From: a virus
Length of the DNA: 64,000 nt
Strand: one strand, 5' to 3'
IMG/VR virus record: IMGVR_UViG_3300025065_000001
Location: 1-64,000 of that record
Of this stretch, positions 37,814-47,689 are shown in pieces (the first letter of the stretch is position 1; the number at the start of each line of letters is the position of its first letter). The position numbers and the translations under genes were made by a program. Below the pieces are notes generated by a model that did no database searches, was not told the origin of the DNA, and saw only the letters and a list, made by a program, of their open reading frames with translations.

Positions 37814-40718
37814 ATTGTTCGACGTTAACTTAAACAAAGCTGCAGAATGGACCGATGGTGAAGAATGGGATAACTGTAACCCTGCTCAAGACCTAGAGGA
37901 AATTTATAAACGTATCTATTCAACCAGCGACTACAACGACCCAGACTATCGTGTAGACCCTGGGGATAATTTTTATATTGGCGCTAAAGCTGAACAGGTA
38001 CGTAACTGGACGCCAAGAACTCTCCCCTGGAACCTTAACCTAACCAAAGGCCAGAATGGTAACCCCTTATCATTCTACTTTGGGTTACAGGTTGGCGAGA
38101 GAGAAATAGATACCAACCTCAATTCTCATAGCCCATGGATTCAGTTCGTGAGTGGGGAGTTAATTGTCCTAGGTGGTAATTATCATCGTTTCTTTGGGAT
38201 AAAACTAAAGGACTCTGATCCTTTCATCACCCTTGAAAAAGATAATAAAGGTAGCGAGATTCACGGCGCGGTACTTAAAAATGCTGGGTTAATTGCCACC
38301 AATGGCTTTTCTATGACCGACTGGATATTGAGGGATTTGACCTTTATCGAGACCCCTTTTAAAGCTTTAGATATCCCTATCGGTTCATCAAATGTAAGTA
38401 TTCAGGACTTCAATGTCTCTGGTTTTGGGGATTGTGGGGTAGCTATTCGTTCCGGCCATACAGGGATTGAGGTGATTGGTGGAAAAATAAAAAACGAAAA
38501 CCACTACTTCAGCCAGAACGAGACCTTACTACATGGACTGGTTTTAGAGTCTGGGTCAAAGGCTCTCGTAAGATATGTGAAAACGATGGGCTTCAGCGGC
38601 AACGGGTTTAGGTTCGATTGCCCTGTAGACGTTAGGAATTTGACTTCCGAATACGATGGCGCGGGTATTGAATTTGAAGAAGAATCCAGTGCTAGAAATT
38701 GTATGGTCTCGTGGACGCGTCAGAAAGCGGGGGATAGTTTTGCTTATTATCTTCACAAAGGCGGGGAGCTAAACAACTGTGGTTGTAATTTGGAGGAAAC
38801 GAGCGGTTTAGGTGTAGTCGTCGTTGGCCCTAATGCCACGCTAACGATTAATGGGGGAGATTACCGAGCTCACGCGCCGTTACCTTTTGCCTCGGCTCAA
38901 GGCCCATGCACGATTGTCTTGAACAACGTAATGATGAATGGAGTTCTATATAACGAAACCTTAGAGCTTCTAGAAGGGGAATCTTGGCGTGGGGAAAAAG
39001 CTGAGGTAACGATAGACACCTTAGAGGTTTATGCCAATAAGACACTAAACCTACCATACATGCACATCCCGAATCTCAATGATGCAATATCAATACAAGG
39101 TACTGAAAGACCCTTCCAGAGTGTAGTAACCCTGCCAAGTGGGGCAAGGATTTTGGCAACCGAAGAAGGTTCACTTCGCTATATGCCTGCCGAGGCTTGG
39201 CTTCATTTAGACCCTGGGGAAACAGCAATTGATTACTTTAGGTATTCCACCGAAAGCATCATTTATATGCACAAGTTTATTATCAATCCTTCACCGGAGG
39301 TGGGGCCTAAGGTTGTTCAGCCTAATAGTTTTTCGGGCTCTGGGTGGTCTAGGAATGGTAATACTTATAGCACGCTAGGTACCAGTAACTCTCTAACAGC
39401 TTCATATAATTTTGAAGAAGGTGAGATATACCAAATCTACTTAAAGCTAAGGGAAAAGCAAAGTGGTTGGGTTAAGCCCAAGCTGGGCAGTGTTTTAGGC
39501 CAATATAGCCATAGCTTAGAAGGTAGCGAGGTTTGGTTAATCCGTGCACCGGCAAATGCCACACAGATTGAAATAACGGCTAGTGGCTATAAAGGTCTTC
39601 TTGAAAATATTTACGTTCGTAAATTGCTTAGAACGGAAACCCCTGCAGTTCCTACACTCACAGGCGAAGTCTCAGGGGCCACCGTGAATCTTTCGTGGAA
39701 ACTGCCGCCAATCGATAGATTAAAAAATAGATACACAGCGGACGTTCATATTCAAAACCAAGAGTTGGCACAGAACTCTGCGGATGGATACCGCAGTAGT
39801 AATTCAGATCGTCACTACTTATTTGAGAACGTATGGGTACAGAACCGAAGAAACGGTGTAAACCTACGTGGATGTGAGTCGGTTGAAATTGACGGTATGG
39901 ATTTTGTTGGGGGATACACAGGGCAGTACGATACTTGGCAAACCGCGATGGTTTCAGAGTACCGCAATCCTTACACCAAAATCCAGCAGATTGGTAACGT
40001 AACTGCTGACTTGTTACTTGAATCGAATAGAGGTAACTACAACGCTCAGTTTGGTAACAGTGACATATTTGTCATTAACGCTCCGTACTGGGGAGCAGGT
40101 AGTTGGGGTACACCAACAGAAATTTACACAGCCCACATCTATAACTTTGAGGGTAGAAACTCTTCAGACGCAATCATTGACTGTAAGCGTATTACTGAGG
40201 TCAATAACGGTAGATTCGAAGGCTCATGTAAAGTCGTCCGTACTCACAGACGCGGTGCAGCAATGCTTAACAACAGCGAGTTTATTTCGACATTTGGTAC
40301 CCGCGAAACTTTCGCACCCAATCACTCACCGGCATACCAAGAAATTTGGAACTGTGTTGCAGACGGCGTGCGATGCGTTACCAAAGAGCAAATGCGCAAC
40401 CAGAAGAAAAACGGAGACTATTACTTCTCTGGTAGAAGTCTTCTGGCGGGATTCCAAGCCTCAGTCGAAATTCTAAAAACCTACCCGACTATCGACGACC
40501 TCAATCGTTTCGCTATGACAGATATGCAGTTTGAAGTGTCTAGTAACGGTGGTTCTAGCTGGTCACCTTTAACCGTTCCGAACGTTGAACTTCCTGGGGT
40601 TATAGGCTGTTTCAAACGTTCACTTTCTTTTACTTCAGGCACATACAAGATCAGATGCCGATGCCTCAACGGTGCGTTAGTTGGTACTTGGTCTAACACA
40701 ATTTCAATTACAGTATAG
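37806..40718 (+). CDS. putative tailspike/depolymerase with beta-helix (pectin-lyase-like) regions
   Basis: 970 aa, Asn/Gly-rich beta repeats, FN3-like C-terminus. Confidence 0.5.
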   Translation: MNRLFDVNLNKAAEWTDGEEWDNCNPAQDLEEIYKRIYSTSDYNDPDYRVDPGDNFYIGAKAEQVRNWTPRTLPWNLNLTKGQNGNPLSFYFGLQVGEREIDTNLNSHSPWIQFVSGELIVLGGNYHRFFGIKLKDSDPFITLEKDNKGSEIHGAVLKNAGLIATNGFSMTDWILRDLTFIETPFKALDIPIGSSNVSIQDFNVSGFGDCGVAIRSGHTGIEVIGGKIKNENHYFSQNETLLHGLVLESGSKALVRYVKTMGFSGNGFRFDCPVDVRNLTSEYDGAGIEFEEESSARNCMVSWTRQKAGDSFAYYLHKGGELNNCGCNLEETSGLGVVVVGPNATLTINGGDYRAHAPLPFASAQGPCTIVLNNVMMNGVLYNETLELLEGESWRGEKAEVTIDTLEVYANKTLNLPYMHIPNLNDAISIQGTERPFQSVVTLPSGARILATEEGSLRYMPAEAWLHLDPGETAIDYFRYSTESIIYMHKFIINPSPEVGPKVVQPNSFSGSGWSRNGNTYSTLGTSNSLTASYNFEEGEIYQIYLKLREKQSGWVKPKLGSVLGQYSHSLEGSEVWLIRAPANATQIEITASGYKGLLENIYVRKLLRTETPAVPTLTGEVSGATVNLSWKLPPIDRLKNRYTADVHIQNQELAQNSADGYRSSNSDRHYLFENVWVQNRRNGVNLRGCESVEIDGMDFVGGYTGQYDTWQTAMVSEYRNPYTKIQQIGNVTADLLLESNRGNYNAQFGNSDIFVINAPYWGAGSWGTPTEIYTAHIYNFEGRNSSDAIIDCKRITEVNNGRFEGSCKVVRTHRRGAAMLNNSEFISTFGTRETFAPNHSPAYQEIWNCVADGVRCVTKEQMRNQKKNGDYYFSGRSLLAGFQASVEILKTYPTIDDLNRFAMTDMQFEVSSNGGSSWSPLTVPNVELPGVIGCFKRSLSFTSGTYKIRCRCLNGALVGTWSNTISITV

Positions 40719-40729
40719 AGAGAATAAAA

Positions 40730-41548
40730 ATGGCTTTACAGTTTAAAGGTTCAAGTTCTTTAGTGTTACCAGATATAGTTATATCTGGGGATTTTACAAT
40801 TAACCTTCCAACCATTCACTACACACCTTCACCTACGGGCGACCCTCAAGTAATTATATCAACTGTTGCTTCTAATAGTGTCGTAGTAGGTATTTATGAT
40901 GGGGGGAATGCCTACATAAACGCGGGAGGAAGCTCAGCAACAATTCCTACAGGTTTTCAGGATGGTGATTTAATTGAAGGGGTTAAAGTACAAAGAGTCG
41001 GTGACACTATAACAATCACCTACAATAACGGTACAGAAACACTTTCTAATTCTGTTACAGCCAACTTAGGGTTTACACTTTTAAGGATTGGTAACGATAA
41101 AAATAACGGCAGACCTTTACACTCTACTGTGTCAGGGGTGCTAGAAATAATTCGTAGTAACGATACCAATGTTACTTATGACTTCGATACTGAAGTAACC
41201 CCTAATGTATTAACCGATACTACATCAGGATTAGACGGTACTTACGGAGACTCAGTGGCAGAATTTGTGGAACTAGGTGTAGTAATTAAGCAAATTACAT
41301 TTGACTTACCCTCGCAAATGCAAGGCGTAAGCGGGTTATACTACCTTGTTACTTCCGTACCGTTAGGGGCTTCTATTTTAAACGGTGAAAATTTAGATAC
41401 CTCCGAATCCACCCTTAACATGAGTCTAACTAGCGTAGAAGGTATAGCTGTAGGAATGCCTCTAATGCTAGTAGCTACTGATAAATTAGAAGCTACGGAT
41501 GCTAGCGACATTATAGGCTGGTCAGTAGCCACAGTCACAGGGGAATAA
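40730..41548 (+). CDS. putative lectin-like (ConA/LamG) virion protein
   Basis: Beta-rich, Thr/Gly-rich. Confidence 0.4.
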   Translation: MALQFKGSSSLVLPDIVISGDFTINLPTIHYTPSPTGDPQVIISTVASNSVVVGIYDGGNAYINAGGSSATIPTGFQDGDLIEGVKVQRVGDTITITYNNGTETLSNSVTANLGFTLLRIGNDKNNGRPLHSTVSGVLEIIRSNDTNVTYDFDTEVTPNVLTDTTSGLDGTYGDSVAEFVELGVVIKQITFDLPSQMQGVSGLYYLVTSVPLGASILNGENLDTSESTLNMSLTSVEGIAVGMPLMLVATDKLEATDASDIIGWSVATVTGE

Positions 41549-41550
41549 CC

Positions 41551-43932
41551 ATGGCGAATTCAGCGTTATTTAGTGAAGGTTCTTCTTATTTTGAAGAGTC
41601 AGCAGGACTTTACACTGTGAATGAGGGGCTTACCCACAACAAATGCTACGCTCGAACTACGGAATTTGGTGGCTTATTTGGTAAAGGTCAAGCTACGGTT
41701 TCTGTGGCAATTACCACTGGTGCAGCGTCAGCGTCCTATCGTTTAGTTGATGAAGACGGAACAACGCCTGTAGGTGATGGCTCTTATACCACTTTTAGTA
41801 GCGGGGAAGCCTTCAACCTGGTCATTCCTGCAAATGCTCAGTGGTATAAGCTTCAACTGCTATTAGATGGTGAAACAGTCACACACTCTAGTCGATTTGG
41901 TTGTGGTGGTGTGACAATGATGAACGGTCAATCTCTTATTCAAAGAGTAATTACCGTGCCAGAAAGCAACACGATTACTGCAACGAGTTTAGGTATAGTT
42001 GCCACGCCATTTCACACAACCTTTCTTAGTACAAACACATTAGACGCTCAATGGCTGCAACAAGCTGATGATGGTGTTATTCAGTCGGCATTTATTGCTG
42101 AGTATGTAAACAGAAAAGTTGAAGAAACTGGCGTCATGTGGGCTATCTGTGGTCACGCAAAAGGTGGCGAGGTTATAGGAAACTTTATTCCTAACGGCTC
42201 AGAATGGCCCAAAATGGAAATCGTATATGCTGAGACTGACTGGCATGAATGGATATGGTTTCAAGGTCACTCTGATGTAAATACAACATCGTCTACCTAC
42301 ACAAGTCGTTTAGAGCTTCTTAACAACGAAGTGGACCAAAGAAATAATCTACAAGCCGTTAAGCTTATTGGTTCTATACCCAACATAAACAATACTGGGG
42401 CCAATAGCGGTTATGATGAAAGACTGAACAAGATCAGGCTTGCGCAAAAAGCTTACTGTGATGCAAACGGTATTGCTTACACGCAACCTAATGATTTAAA
42501 AACAGTAGATGATGGTGTTCATCCTACTGAAGCTGCTAACGTAGTTATGGCTCACCATTTTCTACGTGGACTTAAAGGAACTGATTTAGGGCCATTGCTC
42601 ACTGGTTTTACACGTAATGGGGCAGAGTTAACACTTTATTTTAATTTTGCGGATGGTAGTGACCAATTTGAAATATCTGGTGACATAAGTGATGTGATAA
42701 AAGTAGCTCGTTCCACCACTAGGTTTTCATACTTACCAATACAGTCAACATCGGTAAGTGGAAATACTATAGTTATTACATTGGTTGATGACCCTGCAAC
42801 CGATGACCTAGTTATTTGGACGGGCTCTACAAACACCAATGACGGTAGTTCGTATATTCGCGATAACTACACGTATGATGGTTATGGTACGGGTCGCTCC
42901 ATGGTTAGCACCATAGATATCGTTGACGGTGAAATGGTCTACTCTGAGACTGAGGCTCGCGTCATAGACACTACGTCCCCAGTTGTTATAAATAACGGTC
43001 CGAGCACGGTAACTATTTATGTTGGAGACAGTTATACCCCAAACTTCAGTACCAACGAAGGGACGCTTTCAATTGATAACCCTGTAGATACTAGTACTGC
43101 CGGAACCTACACCGTAACTGCAACGGCAACAGACGCGGCAGGGAACACAGGTTCTGCGACTCAAACCGTTATTGTCGAGGAAGTCCCTGTGATTACACCA
43201 CCAACCGTGGTTCTAGGACCAAACCAGTCCGTCGAGTCTGGGCAAACTGTGTATTTAGATGCCACACAAAGTACGGCGGGTTCTCATCCGATTGCCAGCT
43301 ATGAATGGACGCAGACCGCGGGGGATACTGTAACTTTAGTCAACGGTAATACTGCCAGCCCGAGCTTCATCGCGCCAAGCGAGAATGACGCACAAACAAT
43401 TACGTTTAGTGTCGTGGGCATCGACACAGAGGGAACCCGAAGCACTGCTAAAACGGTTTCAATTGCCGTGGCCGCGTTCAACTTCGACGGTAGTATCTTG
43501 GAGTTAATCGACTCGGTAGCCTTTGAGTTGATCACAGATGGTAACTTAATGATTTACCCTGGCAGAGCGAACCGTGAGATTATCAAACTTCGTCCGAGTA
43601 GCGAGTTAGGTTTGGTAGTTGATGATGATGGTTGTATAGACTTCGAAGCCACCGCTAACACAATTAGCAAGCTAGAAGTAATCATATATAACACTTCTGA
43701 AAAAGCGCGAATCGACTCAGACACCACCGCTATTGTTTTCGAAGGCACAGAAGCCCATTGCCGCTTTGGAGACTTCCAACCTAAGAGCGCGAGAGAACCT
43801 TTTGATGTTGCAGTAGTTCTCTACATTGAGGGTGATGGAAGAGGCGTTGTTGTCTACTCAACCAGTGAAGCGTTATCGACGCAGGGAGCCTCACCAATAA
43901 GCGCTTATGTGCAAGCTAACTTAGGTGCATAA
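41551..43932 (+). CDS. SGNH/sialate O-acetylesterase-like domain plus Ig/PKD domains
   Basis: MNGQSL (block I), WFQGHSD (block III), DDGVHP (DxxH), YTVTATATDAAGN Ig-like, SYEWTQTAG PKD-like. Confidence 0.7.
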   Translation: MANSALFSEGSSYFEESAGLYTVNEGLTHNKCYARTTEFGGLFGKGQATVSVAITTGAASASYRLVDEDGTTPVGDGSYTTFSSGEAFNLVIPANAQWYKLQLLLDGETVTHSSRFGCGGVTMMNGQSLIQRVITVPESNTITATSLGIVATPFHTTFLSTNTLDAQWLQQADDGVIQSAFIAEYVNRKVEETGVMWAICGHAKGGEVIGNFIPNGSEWPKMEIVYAETDWHEWIWFQGHSDVNTTSSTYTSRLELLNNEVDQRNNLQAVKLIGSIPNINNTGANSGYDERLNKIRLAQKAYCDANGIAYTQPNDLKTVDDGVHPTEAANVVMAHHFLRGLKGTDLGPLLTGFTRNGAELTLYFNFADGSDQFEISGDISDVIKVARSTTRFSYLPIQSTSVSGNTIVITLVDDPATDDLVIWTGSTNTNDGSSYIRDNYTYDGYGTGRSMVSTIDIVDGEMVYSETEARVIDTTSPVVINNGPSTVTIYVGDSYTPNFSTNEGTLSIDNPVDTSTAGTYTVTATATDAAGNTGSATQTVIVEEVPVITPPTVVLGPNQSVESGQTVYLDATQSTAGSHPIASYEWTQTAGDTVTLVNGNTASPSFIAPSENDAQTITFSVVGIDTEGTRSTAKTVSIAVAAFNFDGSILELIDSVAFELITDGNLMIYPGRANREIIKLRPSSELGLVVDDDGCIDFEATANTISKLEVIIYNTSEKARIDSDTTAIVFEGTEAHCRFGDFQPKSAREPFDVAVVLYIEGDGRGVVVYSTSEALSTQGASPISAYVQANLGA

Positions 43933-44031
43933 TTACAATGGCCAAGGATGGCCATTGTTCATTTACAGTCTTGCTTAAGGGTAGTATGCTTGATTGAAAA
44001 TTAGGCTAATTGACGATACTTAGGCGGCAAG

Positions 44032-44424
44032 ATGGGCATACTCGATCCCTCTAAGCTCAATATAAAAGTTGAGCAAATCCCTACCGAAAGTGAAGTTATT
44101 AAAATCTTCAATGAACGACATAAACTTGTCGCTCTATTTATCTGTTCGCCTATGGCCGTTAAGAAAGGCCGATACACTTTTACTTCAGTGCTTCTAGACG
44201 TTAGTTATGAGGATAGTGTCTGCCAGATACTCAACTCATTTCTAGCTGCGGAAAAGAGTGGAGATTATCGCAAGTTCTTAAACTTCAAAACGCGGTCCTC
44301 CGATGTATCTTATTTTTCTATAAATACCCTTCGCTTAAAGCTCTCATACTTTGGCGTCTGGGTGCTAATTATCTTGAGTTCACTTGGTATTAATCTCGGT
44401 TTAATGAAGTATTTGGGGCACTAA
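44032..44424 (+). CDS. membrane protein in lysis region
   Basis: C-terminal TM helix; upstream box. Confidence 0.55.
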   Translation: MGILDPSKLNIKVEQIPTESEVIKIFNERHKLVALFICSPMAVKKGRYTFTSVLLDVSYEDSVCQILNSFLAAEKSGDYRKFLNFKTRSSDVSYFSINTLRLKLSYFGVWVLIILSSLGINLGLMKYLGH

Positions 44425-44425
44425 G

Positions 44426-44884
44426 ATGGACTCAACAACCTTGCTAGCACTCTTAGGGGTGATGGCCACTATTAGTGGTGTAGCGGTAACAATCGCGCTA
44501 TTTATCATATCGGGAATAAAATCTGATATGAAAAGCGCACATGAAAGTTTTTCACAAAGTAATAAAAACCTGTGGGAAACCGTAAATAAAAATCACGCCA
44601 CGGCAAACTCCTTAGCCACAAAAATCGCGGGAGAACTCGCAGCATTCAAAGAGCACGTTGCATTAGCTCACCCGAGGGAAGAACGCGTTAATGAAAAGCT
44701 TGAATTCAACAAGCAGCATATCGACCAAGCCCTCTCAGGTATAAACCACCGTCTTTCGAAACTGGAATCTGACCAAAGTATCGTCATTCAGCATATGACC
44801 CAGATCAGTAACCAGCAATCACAAACAATGTCCTATTTAAAAGAACTGGTTAAAAACAAAAATTCTGAGGCTAAAAATGGCTAA
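44426..44884 (+). CDS. putative holin-like membrane protein
   Basis: N-terminal TM helix plus coiled coil, directly before endolysin. Confidence 0.45.
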   Translation: MDSTTLLALLGVMATISGVAVTIALFIISGIKSDMKSAHESFSQSNKNLWETVNKNHATANSLATKIAGELAAFKEHVALAHPREERVNEKLEFNKQHIDQALSGINHRLSKLESDQSIVIQHMTQISNQQSQTMSYLKELVKNKNSEAKNG

Positions 44885-45446
44885 CTACTCCGCAGACCCA
44901 AGAGTTCAGGCTTATATCGCGCAAATTGTGAAACTAGAAGCGGGGTACGTAGATAATCCTCGCGATAAAGGTGGGCCTACGAACTGGGGAATTACTGAAA
45001 AGGTTGCACGCGCTCACGGTTACACTGGCGCTATGAAAGATATGCCGCAATCCAAAGCCCGAGAAATCTACTTACAGACCTATTGGTTTGGCCCTCGTAT
45101 CTCGGAGCTGGCTTCGGTAAGCCCTGAGATAGCGTGGGAGGTGTTTGAAGCTGGGGTGAATCTTGGTACCGGTACAGGGATTAAGTTTCTGCAGCGTGCG
45201 TTGAATGCCTTTAATAAGATGCAAACCATCTACATCGATATAAAGGTGGATGGGATATTTGGTAGCAAAACTCTAAAGGCCCTGCAGCTTTACTTTGCTT
45301 ATCGTAAAGGCTTGGCCGAACCGGTTCTATTGAAAGCGCTCAATTGTTTACAAGGGGCCTATTATTTAGAACTGGCCGAATCCCGAGAGACAGATGAAAC
45401 GTTTGTCTTTGGTTGGATAAATAAGCGCATAGCGCTAAGAGATTGA
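44877..45446 (+). CDS. endolysin, glycoside hydrolase family 108 with peptidoglycan-binding domain
   Basis: EAGYVDNPRDKGGPTNWGIT; LQRALN..VDGIFGSKT; FVFGWINKRI. Confidence 0.9.
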   Translation: MANYSADPRVQAYIAQIVKLEAGYVDNPRDKGGPTNWGITEKVARAHGYTGAMKDMPQSKAREIYLQTYWFGPRISELASVSPEIAWEVFEAGVNLGTGTGIKFLQRALNAFNKMQTIYIDIKVDGIFGSKTLKALQLYFAYRKGLAEPVLLKALNCLQGAYYLELAESRETDETFVFGWINKRIALRD

Positions 45447-45465
45447 CGATAATTGGAGCTACAAC

Positions 45466-45810
45466 ATGAAAGCCGCATTAATACTTCTTTTTAGAAACTT
45501 TGGTGCCGCATTGCTGACACGACATATGGTTTTGTTGTTGTTAAGGCTAGCGGCAAAATTCACTGAAAACAAAATCGACGACAATGTTGTTGGTTTGATC
45601 GACGCAGGGTTTAAAAACGATATCAACTCAATGCAGTGGTATATTGAAGCGATATCTGACCAAATAGAAATCGAGCTGAGGAAAAGGCGAGAGGCTGAAG
45701 AAGCTGAGGCCGAGGCCAAGAGGAAGAAAGCTGAAGCTGAGAAACCTGTACCTAGACCTGATAACCCTGTCCCCGAACCTGAACCTCGAGAACCAACTAA
45801 ACAAAAGTAA
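45466..45810 (+). CDS. hypothetical lysis-region protein
   Basis: TENKIDDNVV motif, Pro-rich tail; box plus GGAG SD. Confidence 0.55.
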   Translation: MKAALILLFRNFGAALLTRHMVLLLLRLAAKFTENKIDDNVVGLIDAGFKNDINSMQWYIEAISDQIEIELRKRREAEEAEAEAKRKKAEAEKPVPRPDNPVPEPEPREPTKQK

Positions 45811-45825
45811 CTAAACCCTAGAAAC

Positions 45826-45854
45826 AAAAAAGCCACTCTAAGAGTGGCTTTTTT
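45826..45854. terminator. bidirectional terminator between late and int operons
   Basis: AAAAAAGCCACTCT-A-AGAGTGGCTTTTTT. Confidence 0.85.
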
Positions 45855-45889
45855 ATGGGTTTCACTTAATTTGTGTCACGAAACTAAAC

Positions 45890-46093
45890 TCGTGTCGTAC
45901 TCGTGTCATTTCGTGTCCCTTTCGTGTCACCTTTCGGTACTGGTAAAAGAGGTAAGTTGTTGATTTGTACCCTCTTTGTACCTTCTTGTTTGGTGGAGCT
46001 GGCGGGATTTGAACCCGCGTCGATTATTTCCTAAATAGCTGATAAGCTTGGTTTTTTATTCGTGCCATTGGTATCTCGTGCCGCACTCGTGTC
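45890..46093. mobile_element. attP: core equal to tmRNA (ssrA) 3' end, flanked by TCGTG(T/C)C arm-type repeats
   Basis: 45991-46021 reverse complement GACGCGGGTTCAAATCCCGCCAGCTCCACCA; TCGTGYC at 45890, 45901, 45911, 45922 and 46060, 46076, 46087; adjacent to integrase. Confidence 0.85.
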
Positions 46094-47269
46094 ATTTTGG
46101 ATTTTTTTCTCGTAATCCTCGATGAATTTACCGTAGTGTCGAAATAGCATTTCTGGCGAAGAGTGGCCCATCCAATTTGCCAACTGCCACAAGTTAATTC
46201 CCTCACTAATATGTCGAGTCGCGAAAGTGTGACGCATTTGATACGGGTACCGGTATCTTACTTTTGCAGCGGTAAGAATTCGACTCCATTTGTGTTTACG
46301 AAATGAGTCTGGGTTTATCCGGTTCAACTCCCCCTCTGGCAGTTCCATTCCAAACTTTAAGTTTTTAGGGAACACAAAACCGCGACCCAGATAGGAAAGT
46401 TCTCTTTGCCGGTTAAGGGCATTCATCGCGCTTTCATTTAAAGGTATGGCACGTTTACCGGCTTTTGATTTTGGACCCTTGATCTCGTTATGCACAATGG
46501 CCGCTTTTACGACTAAGGTGTTGTGAATGAAATCGACTTCGTTCCACTTAAGCGCCGACCATTCACTAGGCCGCATCCCCGTATTGAAAACCAGCTCAAC
46601 AATATTTAGCTCTTCCGGTCTGCAATGCTCATAGATTGCTTCGACTTCTTGTGGTGTGAACGGGTCGATATCATCGTGGCCACCGTCTAAATCTACCTTG
46701 TTATCTTTTTCTACGTAGTTAGAAAGCTTCACACCATCAATCGGATTGGTTGGTACCAGTCCGTCAGTCACAGCTTCGGCCAGTGCAGTACGTAAAAAGC
46801 TGAACTTGTTTCGCAGTGTTTTAGGTGAGTTCCCAGACTTGAGAACAAAGCTTTTCAAAACTTGCGGCGAGAGCTCGGTCACAGGGATAGGGTGGAGTTC
46901 CTTAACCGAGGTCTTCAGTTTTTCGTAGCCTTTAATAGTAGAAGGTGAGAGCCCCCGTTTCTTGACGCTCTCAATATATTCCTCCAAGTACGCTTCAACA
47001 GTCTTGCCCCACGCTACAGCGCCACCGAATATTTTTAGCTTTGGTGAGCTGGGGAAGTAGTCCGCGTATCGGAAAGTTTCACGCTCAATTTTATTTAATA
47101 TCTCACCGCGTAAGTTACCCGCGTATTTGATATTTGATTTGTTGACTGGAACCTTAAGGAGTTCGCGGCAGCGAACCCCTTTATATTCGAAGTTAATTTG
47201 AATACGGTCTTCTTTGGCCCCAGGCCTAATAGTTACCCCGCGAGGGAGTTGCCCCCATTTCTTATCCAT
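46031..47269 (-). CDS. int: tyrosine integrase with N-terminal arm-binding domain
   Basis: TGMRPSE, K, YQMRHTFAT, MGHSS..HY catalytic residues. Confidence 0.95.
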   Translation of the reverse strand: MDKKWGQLPRGVTIRPGAKEDRIQINFEYKGVRCRELLKVPVNKSNIKYAGNLRGEILNKIERETFRYADYFPSSPKLKIFGGAVAWGKTVEAYLEEYIESVKKRGLSPSTIKGYEKLKTSVKELHPIPVTELSPQVLKSFVLKSGNSPKTLRNKFSFLRTALAEAVTDGLVPTNPIDGVKLSNYVEKDNKVDLDGGHDDIDPFTPQEVEAIYEHCRPEELNIVELVFNTGMRPSEWSALKWNEVDFIHNTLVVKAAIVHNEIKGPKSKAGKRAIPLNESAMNALNRQRELSYLGRGFVFPKNLKFGMELPEGELNRINPDSFRKHKWSRILTAAKVRYRYPYQMRHTFATRHISEGINLWQLANWMGHSSPEMLFRHYGKFIEDYEKKIQNDTSAARDTNGTNKKPSLSAI

Positions 47270-47481
47270 TGTTCTACCGCTTCTAAGTCAATCCAAAGTT
47301 CGCGAATATGGGGTGGCTTAATAGCATGTACGCCTTTTACCCAGTGTCCGCGTTTAATTCTCTGTCGTACCGTTTCTATGTCTTCACCAGACAGTTCACA
47401 ATATTTAGTGAGTGGTACGGTTCTTAGGCTAGTAGTCACATTAATAGCAACAGGGTAGTTATCATTAGCTGAGTTCGTCAT
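47233..47481 (-). CDS. xis: excisionase
   Basis: Small wHTH-like (VPLTKYCELSGE...WIDLEAVEQW) overlapping int start. Confidence 0.8.
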   Translation of the reverse strand: MTNSANDNYPVAINVTTSLRTVPLTKYCELSGEDIETVRQRIKRGHWVKGVHAIKPPHIRELWIDLEAVEQWIRNGGNSLAG

Positions 47482-47506
47482 ATCGTCAATTTCCAAATTT
47501 TAAAAG

Positions 47507-47689
47507 TTAGATTCCAAAGGGTTTAGGGTCTCTTGCGTGATATTTACAAAGAAACTCGTATTTTACTTCAGGACCAAACATTGTAAGGGGTTCGTCACTC
47601 ACAACATCCGGAGGAAGAAATTTTTTCACCGTCGCATACTCATTACAGTATTTACAGTAGCGGACTTTGAAGTGAGGTTTATCTTTCAT
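47507..47689 (-). CDS. small zinc-finger-like protein (paralog A)
   Basis: YCKYCNEYATV...CKYH. Confidence 0.6.
   Translation of the reverse strand: MKDKPHFKVRYCKYCNEYATVKKFLPPDVVSDEPLTMFGPEVKYEFLCKYHARDPKPFGI

Noticed and set aside
45991-46021. tRNA or full tmRNA gene
   Set aside because: Only the T-arm and acceptor 3' half is present; it is the att core
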